A stretch of 61,733 bases of DNA. Source: a virus (lineage: Duplodnaviria; Heunggongvirae; Uroviricota; Caudoviricetes). A program made the translations under genes and the position numbers. The notes under the pieces are model-generated. The model saw only the letters and a program-made list of their open reading frames with translations. It ran no database searches and was not told the origin of the DNA. How positions within the stretch are numbered: the first letter of the stretch is position 1; each line of letters starts with the position of its first letter. This document shows, piece after piece, positions 53,774 through 61,733 of this stretch. Where the stretch lies: IMG/VR virus record IMGVR_UViG_3300035208_003871; one strand, written 5' to 3'.

Positions 53774-54097
53774 ATGAAAGTTTTAACTATAGGAAAAGGA
53801 CTTATTGGTGATGATGGAAAAGTTGTAACAGGTCAAACAATCAGTTCATTAGATCCGGATAAGATTGTATACACTGGTGGAGTTCCATCAGAAGAAGAAA
53901 TTGTTAAAAAATGGGCAGCAAAAGGAAAGCGCGAGTATGGATCTTCATTTAAAAAAGAACCCATTAAAGAACCTGTTAAAAAAGTAACTGCCAAAGAAAC
54001 TTATGATGACTCTGAACCAACTGTTGATGTAATGTTTCCAGAAGAAAAATCAGATAAATCAAAAAATGTAAACCCATTATTCGTAACATATAAATAA
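53774..54097 (+). CDS. Hypothetical protein
   Basis: 107 aa ORF. Confidence 0.6.
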   Translation: MKVLTIGKGLIGDDGKVVTGQTISSLDPDKIVYTGGVPSEEEIVKKWAAKGKREYGSSFKKEPIKEPVKKVTAKETYDDSEPTVDVMFPEEKSDKSKNVNPLFVTYK

Positions 54098-54261
54098 ATA
54101 CGATAAACCTCCATACTTTTTAATGAACTTATGTGAAAACTGCATTCATGCAGCCCCTTGTAATCTAGAAAAAGGATTCAAGTTTTGCGAAGCCGATAAC
54201 CTCTTTTTAAAAGTATTTCCTGTCGAATGCCATAATTTTGAGTGTATAGATTTGTGATATT

Positions 54262-54918
54262 ATGGAAATTGTAGTTAATACATTAAGTGAATCTTATGCA
54301 TCTGTAATGAAATTCATTATTTGGAATCATTGTGAAGTTACTACTGAAGATAATGAAAAAACTTGGCAAAGCGATCCAATATTAATAACTATTACAAATC
54401 CCACTTCTTCCGATTACATTCATAAAAACTCACCGTATGGAAAACAATTTTATGAACAATACGCATCTGCAATTGTATATGGATATACTGAATCTGATAG
54501 TAAATTTGTTTACGATTATCATTCCAGATTATTTGAATATTATGATTATGATGGTGTAAAAGAATCATCTCGTTGGACAAACCAGATTCAGTACGTGATT
54601 GACAAGTTAAATGAATCAAGAACCACAAGACGCGCTATTGCTATTACATGGAATCCATCAGTTGATACAACAAATAAAGATGTACCCTGTTTACAAAGTA
54701 CTCAGTTCTGGATATTAAATGATTTATTAGAAATGTCTATTCACATTCGAAGCAATGACATGCTCATGGGGTACCCACAAAATATTTATGGGTTTGTTGA
54801 ACTCATGAAGTTTGTTGCAAGTAAAACCGGAGTCAAAATCGGAAAGGTATACTATTACGTCGCAATTCCGCACTGTTATTATATTAGAGACGGTAATTAC
54901 CTGAAACCTTGGATGTAA
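54262..54918 (+). CDS. thyA: Archaeal-type thymidylate synthase
   Basis: TRRAIA, DVPCLQ, RSNDMLMGYPQN, HCY. Confidence 0.88.
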   Translation: MEIVVNTLSESYASVMKFIIWNHCEVTTEDNEKTWQSDPILITITNPTSSDYIHKNSPYGKQFYEQYASAIVYGYTESDSKFVYDYHSRLFEYYDYDGVKESSRWTNQIQYVIDKLNESRTTRRAIAITWNPSVDTTNKDVPCLQSTQFWILNDLLEMSIHIRSNDMLMGYPQNIYGFVELMKFVASKTGVKIGKVYYYVAIPHCYYIRDGNYLKPWM

Positions 54919-54954
54919 AGATATATAACTTAGTTAATCATATAACTAAGTATT

Positions 54955-55176
54955 ATGGTTAAGCGGCCCTGTCATAAGTGTACGAAAAATAAGGTAAAAA
55001 ATAAAGATAAGCCGGTATTTATGGTATATGACCCACGAGTTGGAGCGTATGTGTGTTTAAGTTGTGGAAATGTAAAAACGTGTTTAGGTGAAGATGGACA
55101 AGAAGATAGCGGAACTCGAAGCAAGACTCGTAGAGTGCGACAGAGTGATCGAGAAGATTACAAAGATACGATCTGA
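54955..55176 (+). CDS. Small Zn-ribbon protein
   Basis: CHKC...CLSC. Confidence 0.5.
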   Translation: MVKRPCHKCTKNKVKNKDKPVFMVYDPRVGAYVCLSCGNVKTCLGEDGQEDSGTRSKTRRVRQSDREDYKDTI

Positions 55177-55534
55177 AGTTTATAACGAAGTTAACAAATA
55201 TTTAACAGTTATAGAGCGGCAGCGCGCAAGGTGGGATGGAGATCTTATCACTATTAAACGGGCAAAAGATCTTATGATTTCAGATCAGCGCGGCCAAAAA
55301 GAGTGGCGCGAGCGAGTTTTACTTCGGGACCATTATACTTGTCAAAAGTGTGGATCGATAGATGAGCCAACTTGTCATCATATAATAGCTAAAAGCACGT
55401 GTAATTCTGATAGTTTAAAGTGGAATCCAAGTAATGGAATTGTTTTGTGTAAAGCGTGCCACGATAAATGGCACAGACATCATGATGAAGGTATCTCAAT
55501 ATCAGTGTTTTTAAGATGGTTACAGGAAAAGTAA
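55088..55534 (+). CDS. HNH endonuclease
   Basis: VLLRDHYTCQKC...HHII...NGIVLCKACHDKWH. Confidence 0.88.
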   Translation: MKMDKKIAELEARLVECDRVIEKITKIRSEVYNEVNKYLTVIERQRARWDGDLITIKRAKDLMISDQRGQKEWRERVLLRDHYTCQKCGSIDEPTCHHIIAKSTCNSDSLKWNPSNGIVLCKACHDKWHRHHDEGISISVFLRWLQEK

Positions 55535-55583
55535 ATTCCATTTCTTTTACATTATTCTTTTATATCTTCCAACTGAATTACTA

Positions 55584-56306
55584 TTGATGATAGAACTGTG
55601 CAATATACCGAAAGAAATTTTTAAACCTTTTATTGACACAATCTGCAATTTTAAGAAAGAAGTTGAATTAAACCTCGATCCGGATCTTGGTAATATCACA
55701 CTGCGAACAATGGACACAGCAAAAGTCGCGCTGCTCGAAATGGAATTATTAATAAAACCAAATGAACTTACATCGTTCCAGATACCACTTGGTTCAATTG
55801 AAAAAGCAGTTCCGAAGAAAGATGATGTGAAACTGTATCATAACGGCGCAAATATCACCATTGTTATTGATGGAATGAAATTTAATATTAAAACCCTTGA
55901 TCCTCGAACATCGGGATTAAAACCAGCACCATCTCCAAATGTAACTTATCCAACAGTCGTGAATCTCACAAAAGATAATCTTGAGCAAATTAACTCGTTA
56001 TTTAAAATAGTATCAAATTATACAGATAATGTAATATTCGAAGTTAAAGAAGGACAACTTTCTATAACTGCAAATCTTACAACAGAAGATAATGTGGAAA
56101 AACCAATTGAAGTACCGGTAAATGGTCCTGATTGTAGATCACGAATACCAGCAGAGTATCTCAAAGATACATTTGAAAATTGTAAATTATATGATTCGGC
56201 GGAACTATCAATGGGTACAAATATTCCATTAAAAATCAAATTATCGAGTAATTTTATACAATCAACGATAATGATAGCACCGAGGATTCAGGATGAAGAT
56301 CAATGA
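55584..56306 (+). CDS. pcn: PCNA sliding clamp
   Basis: MDTAKVALLE, GTNIPLKI and IAPRI; 240 aa two-domain size. Confidence 0.85.
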   Translation: MMIELCNIPKEIFKPFIDTICNFKKEVELNLDPDLGNITLRTMDTAKVALLEMELLIKPNELTSFQIPLGSIEKAVPKKDDVKLYHNGANITIVIDGMKFNIKTLDPRTSGLKPAPSPNVTYPTVVNLTKDNLEQINSLFKIVSNYTDNVIFEVKEGQLSITANLTTEDNVEKPIEVPVNGPDCRSRIPAEYLKDTFENCKLYDSAELSMGTNIPLKIKLSSNFIQSTIMIAPRIQDEDQ

Positions 56307-56595
56307 TATTAATGAGATAAATGATATTAACGAGGGTAACATGAAATTACAAATAAATGATGGAAGTTGGATTAACTCGCGCCACGTTAGTGTATATTAC
56401 TTAGATGATTCGGCAAAATGCATTATGTGTACAATGTTAAGTGGAGATAGACAATGTATTATTGATCCTGATAATTCCTCGCTTGCAAATCAGGATTTAT
56501 TAGATAATATGATTCGTATTATATCGGCAAAGGCATTGAATCAATCTTATTTATCACAGTATGAATTATGGAAGGAATTACAGAAGCAGATATAA
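56293..56595 (+). CDS. Hypothetical protein
   Basis: INDINE repeat; start may be 56338. Confidence 0.6.
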   Translation: MKINDINEINDINEGNMKLQINDGSWINSRHVSVYYLDDSAKCIMCTMLSGDRQCIIDPDNSSLANQDLLDNMIRIISAKALNQSYLSQYELWKELQKQI

Positions 56596-56768
56596 AATGT
56601 ATAGAAAACGTAACAGGAAGTTGTTATGATTGCAGATATTTCTGGTTTCATCCACAAAGTTCCTGCCCATTTTGTAAATTTTACATTGCAAGTATAATAA
56701 ATCCTTGGCATTACTGTGAAAAATTTAAACTTATTGTTAACGATAACATTTATTACTAAGTAAAGTTA

Positions 56769-56846
56769 TACTTAATGTACCCCACGGACAATATCACAAG
56801 AAGAATAAATCACACCGATCTATTTCTTCTTTTGTTTGTTCAGGAG
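56769..56846 (+). ncRNA. Hairpin small-RNA unit, copy 5 of 5
   Basis: TACTTAATGTACCCCAC nearly identical to copy 3; ACAAGAAGAA/TTCTTCTTTTGT stem; ends GTTCAGG. Confidence 0.55.
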
Positions 56847-56957
56847 ATTTTGTCATTTTGCAAGTTTCCGTGACTATTTTGAAAGTTTATGAGTTTATTG
56901 CGTTGAGTTATTTGTTTTATATATGTGAAACTCCAATATGTAGAACAGTGATCTGTT

Positions 56958-57254
56958 ATGTACAAGTGTTATAAATGTAAACTTATTATCGATGCTATTT
57001 TTGTAAATGACGATTTGTGCCCGTCATGCGGTGAAAAAATTAAAGTTATGTGCATTAATGATAATGGTAATTGTTCTCACGATGTTGTTGGTGGGTTAAA
57101 GATATGTGAAATATGTGGAGCATTTGTTTGTCCGATTTGTGGATGTCATGATGTAACTCCGATTAGTCGTGTTACTGGATATTATTCTCCAATTAATGCA
57201 TGGTGTACTGGAAAACAGCAAGAACTTAAAGATAGAACAAGATACGTGGTGTAA
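56958..57254 (+). CDS. nrdD: Free-standing NrdD C-terminal Zn/glycyl-radical domain
   Basis: Multiple CxxC motifs then ISRVTGYY...GKQQELKDR glycyl-radical loop. Confidence 0.88.
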   Translation: MYKCYKCKLIIDAIFVNDDLCPSCGEKIKVMCINDNGNCSHDVVGGLKICEICGAFVCPICGCHDVTPISRVTGYYSPINAWCTGKQQELKDRTRYVV

Positions 57255-57256
57255 TT

Positions 57257-57481
57257 ATGGAGATAATTGTTTATTCTCTTGAAATGTGTCCTAATTGTGA
57301 TGATTTTAAAGAAAAGTTAAATAAAAAAGGTTTACATTTTACTGAATTGGATCTTGATAGCGACGATGTGAAAATTAACCTTTTAATTGATTCAGTGACA
57401 TTAGTAGAGGCCCCTATTATAAGAATCGATGGTAAATATATGAATTCACACGAAGCAAGTCGGATGATTGACGCATGTTAA
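57257..57481 (+). CDS. Glutaredoxin/NrdH-like redoxin
   Basis: VYSLEMCPNC...APII. Confidence 0.85.
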   Translation: MEIIVYSLEMCPNCDDFKEKLNKKGLHFTELDLDSDDVKINLLIDSVTLVEAPIIRIDGKYMNSHEASRMIDAC

Positions 57482-59508
57482 GAGTTAGAAAAGATGATGG
57501 TACAATAGAATCATTTAATAAAGATAAAATTATTGAATCCATACGAAAAGAAACCGGATGCACTGGAATAGAAATAGAAGAAATAGTTGATGAAATTTAT
57601 AATATACTTAAAATTTTAAAGATTGATCCAATTACCGGGCCACTTATCAGGGAATTTGTAAACACTAAGTTTTTAGAACACAATATGCCACAATGTCGGA
57701 AAAAATACACGCGAGTTGGTATTCCTATATATGATGCCAGAAAAATTGATATTGGTGGAGGAAAGGGTGACAACGCCAATCTTCAGAATTCTCCAGAAAC
57801 AGCGCATAAAAGAAAAGCTGACTTACTTTCGAAAGAGCAGTATCTTTTAATGTTTTCCGATTACATTTCAGAAGCGCATCTTTGTGGAGATATTCATATT
57901 CACGATCTCGAATACTTTGGTAGTAGAATTTTTTGTCAAGATCACGATTTAAGATATTTTTTTTATTATGGGTTTGTTGGTGATGGAACAGGTGAGCATA
58001 CCAGTTTTGCTGCTCCAGCAATGCGTCCAGAAGTAGCAATATTACATGCAGTTAAGGTGCTTGGTTCTTCTCAAACAAATTGTAGTGGAGGACAGGGATT
58101 TTACAATTTCCTTACGTTTCTTGCACCATTTTTTGAAGGCAAGGATTATACTGTGTACAAACAGTGTATGCAGATGTTTGTGTACGAGATGACACAAATG
58201 CTTGTTGCAAGAGGTGGGCAGGTTGTTTTTTCATCAGTTCAGTTATCTCCCGGAGTTCCCAATCTTTGGAAAGATATTCCGGTTGTTTACAAGGGTAAAA
58301 TTTGGGATGGTAATGAAGCAAAACTTCGAACTTATGGAGACTTTGAAAAAGAAAATCGACTGCTATTCAAGGCCCTTATGGAAGTTATGCTTGAAGGAGA
58401 TTACACCGGTAAGCCATTCTATTTCCCGAAGCCAGAGATTTCAATCGAACCTCAATTCATCGATAAATTAGATGATGATACGTTTTACACATTAGATGGA
58501 TATCCATATCACATTATGGGTATGCCAACATATCGTGAATTATACCTGTTATCATTTGAATTGGCCTCTAAATTTGGAACCCCATACTTTGATAATCAAG
58601 TTCCGCAATATAGAGGATCTGGAAATGGTATTAGTTGCTATCAATGCTGCGCGTACAATTTCAGTTCTAATGAAGTGACAGATACTCGATTTAATGATAA
58701 ACTTCATTTTAAAAATGGTTTACATTTTTCCATGGGATCTTATCAGGTTATGACAATTAATTTTCCGAGAATAGCTTATGAATCCGATGGAGATCCATTT
58801 AAATTTATTGAATTATCTAAGAATAAAATTGATTTATGTTGTGAAGTTTTTAAAATTAAACAAGAAATGTTAAAGAATGTATCATCTCCGTTTTTACAGC
58901 AGATTCATAATGGGTCGCAATTAGTAGATTTTAATTCATTAGTTTATACAATTGGTGTAATTGGAATGAATGAAGTTTGTCAAATTCTTTTTGGAAAGCA
59001 GATTCACGAAGGTAAAGATTCTGTAAAAAACGTGATGAAATTTGTATTAACTTTAAAAAAGTATTGTGCTGAAAAATCCAAAGAACTCGGAATCACAATT
59101 GCATTTGCCAGAACTCCAGCTGAGACTACTGCACAAAGATTTGCAGTTTTGGATTTGTTAACTTATGGAAATGCACATAAAATAGTTAAAGGCGATGTAA
59201 AAGAAGCTATTCGAATTTATGCAGATACCGGATCGAGAGATCTTCCAATATATTACACAAACGGAACACACGTTCCGGTTAATGCTAATGTTTCTATTGC
59301 CGAAAGAGTGGGAATTGAACAGGCATTTTTTCCAATTTTAGATGGTGGAAATATTTGCAATATTTATTTGGGTGAAACTAAACCTGACGCGCGAGGATTA
59401 ATGGACATAACTATGAATATTTGTAAAAATACAAATCTTGGATATTTTACGTTTACTCGTGATTTTACCGTTTGTAATAAATCATTTAGGATGTTTGAAG
59501 ATGATTGA
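57475..59508 (+). CDS. nrdD: Class III anaerobic ribonucleotide reductase catalytic core (ATP cone plus barrel), lacking the glycyl-radical tail
   Basis: N-terminal ATP cone, HIHDLE, CQDHD, SGGQG, QCC, TPAETTA, YYTNGTH; ends at DFTVC without RxxGY. Confidence 0.92.
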   Translation: MLRVRKDDGTIESFNKDKIIESIRKETGCTGIEIEEIVDEIYNILKILKIDPITGPLIREFVNTKFLEHNMPQCRKKYTRVGIPIYDARKIDIGGGKGDNANLQNSPETAHKRKADLLSKEQYLLMFSDYISEAHLCGDIHIHDLEYFGSRIFCQDHDLRYFFYYGFVGDGTGEHTSFAAPAMRPEVAILHAVKVLGSSQTNCSGGQGFYNFLTFLAPFFEGKDYTVYKQCMQMFVYEMTQMLVARGGQVVFSSVQLSPGVPNLWKDIPVVYKGKIWDGNEAKLRTYGDFEKENRLLFKALMEVMLEGDYTGKPFYFPKPEISIEPQFIDKLDDDTFYTLDGYPYHIMGMPTYRELYLLSFELASKFGTPYFDNQVPQYRGSGNGISCYQCCAYNFSSNEVTDTRFNDKLHFKNGLHFSMGSYQVMTINFPRIAYESDGDPFKFIELSKNKIDLCCEVFKIKQEMLKNVSSPFLQQIHNGSQLVDFNSLVYTIGVIGMNEVCQILFGKQIHEGKDSVKNVMKFVLTLKKYCAEKSKELGITIAFARTPAETTAQRFAVLDLLTYGNAHKIVKGDVKEAIRIYADTGSRDLPIYYTNGTHVPVNANVSIAERVGIEQAFFPILDGGNICNIYLGETKPDARGLMDITMNICKNTNLGYFTFTRDFTVCNKSFRMFEDD

Positions 59509-59725
59509 TAAAGAATTAACTGATCTCGTGAATAAATATGGCATAACTGATAGTGGAAAAAGAACACTTCGGATTATTAAATCTCTCGAAAGAAATTTTG
59601 AGAAGTATGGGGCATCTTATTGTCCATGCAAAATAGATAAAATTGAAGATAACATTTGTCAATGTAAAGAGTTTCGGGAAACAGGAAAATGTATTTGTGG
59701 ACTCTATACTTCAGAGATTGAATAA
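59501..59725 (+). CDS. Ferredoxin:thioredoxin (disulfide) reductase catalytic subunit-like
   Basis: YCPC...ICQC...CICGLY. Confidence 0.82.
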   Translation: MIDKELTDLVNKYGITDSGKRTLRIIKSLERNFEKYGASYCPCKIDKIEDNICQCKEFRETGKCICGLYTSEIE

Positions 59726-59741
59726 AATATAGTGTGATTTT

Positions 59742-60008
59742 ATGGACACTGCTACTATTGAAATGATTCTTGTAATCATTTCTCTTATTGGAATGGCGCT
59801 TGTATCTCGTCATGAAAGCAGATTAACTGGATTTTTGGTCTGTTCAATTGGGAATATTGGCTGGATTCTTCACGGGATTAGTATTTCTCATACTCCTTAT
59901 ATTATTTTGTTTCTTGGATATCTTCCATTTAATTTAATTGGACTTCATGACGAATATCATATAAAGAAACGAGTGGATGATTATGCGAAAGAATTTAATC
60001 TTAAGTAA
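59742..60008 (+). CDS. Small membrane protein
   Basis: Three hydrophobic segments. Confidence 0.6.
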   Translation: MDTATIEMILVIISLIGMALVSRHESRLTGFLVCSIGNIGWILHGISISHTPYIILFLGYLPFNLIGLHDEYHIKKRVDDYAKEFNLK

Positions 60009-60040
60009 GATATAAATAGTTAACATTTGCATTAATAATT

Positions 60041-60271
60041 ATGAGTTTTAGTGAATATATGAATCGTGGTAATAGTAATGCTCAAACAGTGAGTATTTCA
60101 TTTTGGCTACCGGTTCAGGTTGCGCTTCTTGTACTTTATTATGGTAATATCGTGCCCAATTTACCATGGTGGTTAGTCTGGCTTCCATCACTGGCATTGT
60201 TACTTGTGATATTTGTTGTGATGATAATTGTAGCAATTGTTTTATTAGTTGCATGGTGGGGAAATCATTAA
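60041..60271 (+). CDS. Small membrane protein
   Basis: LPWWLVWLP motif with TM helices. Confidence 0.6.
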   Translation: MSFSEYMNRGNSNAQTVSISFWLPVQVALLVLYYGNIVPNLPWWLVWLPSLALLLVIFVVMIIVAIVLLVAWWGNH

Positions 60272-60872
60272 CTACTCAGTTATCTACTGCGATTGTCCAT
60301 GGTACTACAAGGATAAAGCTAAGTCAGGAGATCGTGGTGCAGAGTTTCATTATTCATGCATGAAACTTAGTGAACTTTGTGACATGAAAACTTATATTGA
60401 TTCTATTGCAGCACCCGATTCTGTTCTGTTTATGTGGGCTACATCACCGATGCTAAAAGATGCAATGACTGTAATGGAAGCATGGAATTTTAAGTTTAAG
60501 ATTATTGCATTTACTTGGATCAAAACTAATAAAAATCCAGTTAAGAGTTTATTAGTTGGTGAAAATAAATATCTTGTTACTGAAATAGACGATAGAGGAG
60601 ATTTTGAAACTTATGGAGACTTCATGGGAATGGGAAACCACACGCGATCAAACGCAGAATTCGTACTCCTTGGAGTGCGTGGTAAAGGAATTAAGAGAGT
60701 GTCTGCATCTGTTAGATCAACTGTCATCTCACCTCTCCGGGAACATTCACGAAAACCCGATGAAGTTAGAAGACGAATTGAAGATTTGTACGGTGATGTT
60801 CCGCGCATTGAGTTATTTGCGAGAGAACGCGCAATTGGGTGGGATTATTTTGGAGACGAGATAGTATTTTAG
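60249..60872 (+). CDS. MT-A70-family adenine methyltransferase
   Basis: VIYCDCPW (DPPW variant), LFMWAT, FTWIK, TRSNAE, HSRKP, IELFARE. Confidence 0.88.
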   Translation: MHGGEIINYSVIYCDCPWYYKDKAKSGDRGAEFHYSCMKLSELCDMKTYIDSIAAPDSVLFMWATSPMLKDAMTVMEAWNFKFKIIAFTWIKTNKNPVKSLLVGENKYLVTEIDDRGDFETYGDFMGMGNHTRSNAEFVLLGVRGKGIKRVSASVRSTVISPLREHSRKPDEVRRRIEDLYGDVPRIELFARERAIGWDYFGDEIVF

Positions 60873-60893
60873 GGAATGGTGTTTTGGATATAA

Positions 60894-61172
60894 ATGGGAA
60901 AGACCGATCACTTCTCTATGATAACATATGTGACTGATGATGGTTTACATTTAGAAGTGGAGGATGAAACTATAAAAACTGTATACGAAAGCGATGATGG
61001 ATTCTATAAAGTGGATCATTATGTTTATTATCTTTCTCAAAACGATGAACACGTAACAGTTGGTGAAACATATCTTGTTTCCAATAAAGAACAACGACTG
61101 TTTGGTGGATTTCATTCTTGCGCGGATGCAGTTATGTGTATTTTATCAAAAAGGTTATGTGATATATTATGA
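60894..61172 (+). CDS. Hypothetical protein
   Basis: 92 aa ORF. Confidence 0.55.
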   Translation: MGKTDHFSMITYVTDDGLHLEVEDETIKTVYESDDGFYKVDHYVYYLSQNDEHVTVGETYLVSNKEQRLFGGFHSCADAVMCILSKRLCDIL

Positions 61173-61564
61173 CAAAAAGTGTAATGATGTATGCCGGAGA
61201 TCAATATTATGGAGATCAGCCAATTTGTGCTGTGCATAATGTAAAATATTATGGAGAACAATCTCAATGGACAGATTCACGATCTCCATATATGGATCCC
61301 CTTCAACCATTTATATTGGATAGTCAGACATCCGGTTATGCTTTTAAACCTTATCAATATTTCGATACACCGACATTTTTGGGTGGACAAATTGTATATG
61401 AAACTGACGAATGGGAAATATTTAAGATGGTTGCCATCTTAAAAGATGTAATTGATATGTTCGTTGTTGTTAATAAAAATGATAATGCAATAGTGTTTAC
61501 ATCATTAGATTACCCGGAAGCAGAAGCATATATTTACGCGCAGAAAATAAAAGAAATACTATAA
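61169..61564 (+). CDS. Hypothetical protein
   Basis: 131 aa ORF overlapping the previous stop. Confidence 0.6.
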   Translation: MTKSVMMYAGDQYYGDQPICAVHNVKYYGEQSQWTDSRSPYMDPLQPFILDSQTSGYAFKPYQYFDTPTFLGGQIVYETDEWEIFKMVAILKDVIDMFVVVNKNDNAIVFTSLDYPEAEAYIYAQKIKEIL

Positions 61565-61570
61565 ATTATT

Positions 61571-61733
61571 ATGAAAAGAATTGCACAAATCTACGAATTC
61601 AATTCATGTCACAAATGCCCATATGGATCTGGTGGTGAATCATTAGGTAGTCCCATGTATTGCACGTTTTTTGAACCACCAAAACAAATAATGAACTCAA
61701 ACGGACACCCCGTGACAGAAATGGATGAAGATG
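61571..61733 (+). CDS. Hypothetical protein, 3' partial
   Basis: ATG at 61571, open to the window end; CHKC motif. Confidence 0.5.
   Translation, partial: MKRIAQIYEFNSCHKCPYGSGGESLGSPMYCTFFEPPKQIMNSNGHPVTEMDED

Noticed and set aside
902-61442. Minus-strand and nested alternative-frame ORFs in the track (e.g. 2822..3562, 17569..18018, 26959..27315, 44732..45040)
   Set aside because: They are shadows of longer plus-strand genes with recognisable motifs, and lack their own promoters or SD sites.

Overview
AT-rich, gene-dense, almost entirely plus-strand segment of a large archaeal mobile element, most likely a virus of a methanogen. Methanomicrobiales is my tentative host inference. No capsid, terminase or tail gene is recognisable in this window, so a Borg-like or megaplasmid element is not excluded. 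Archaeal markers: two tRNAs with perfect bulge-helix-bulge introns, PCNA, family B polymerase, archaeal-type ThyA, a C1-G72 tRNA-Tyr and tRNA-Arg(GCG). The window holds 30 hand-folded tRNA genes covering all 20 amino acids, plus two tRNA scaffolds carrying an inserted module. It also has a replication/recombination block, a split class III ribonucleotide reductase with NrdH-like and ferredoxin:disulfide-reductase-like partners, two orphan DNA methylases and a glycosyltransferase cluster. Main find: a Ro60/TROVE gene accompanied by a dispersed family of seven structurally covarying Y-RNA-like modules. Five are free-standing: three display anticodon-loop mimics and one has a YrlA-type T-arm plus closed acceptor stem. 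Two are inserted in circularly permuted order into the anticodon arm of tRNA bodies. Seven tRNAs have C33 in place of the near-universal U33. Together these suggest a viral RNA decoy/repair system against host tRNA-cleaving defences (inference). A second unexplained family of five promoter-plus-hairpin small-RNA units, a multi-pseudoknot ncRNA candidate and a recurring promoter element are also present. All RNA structures were folded by eye and no database searches were run.
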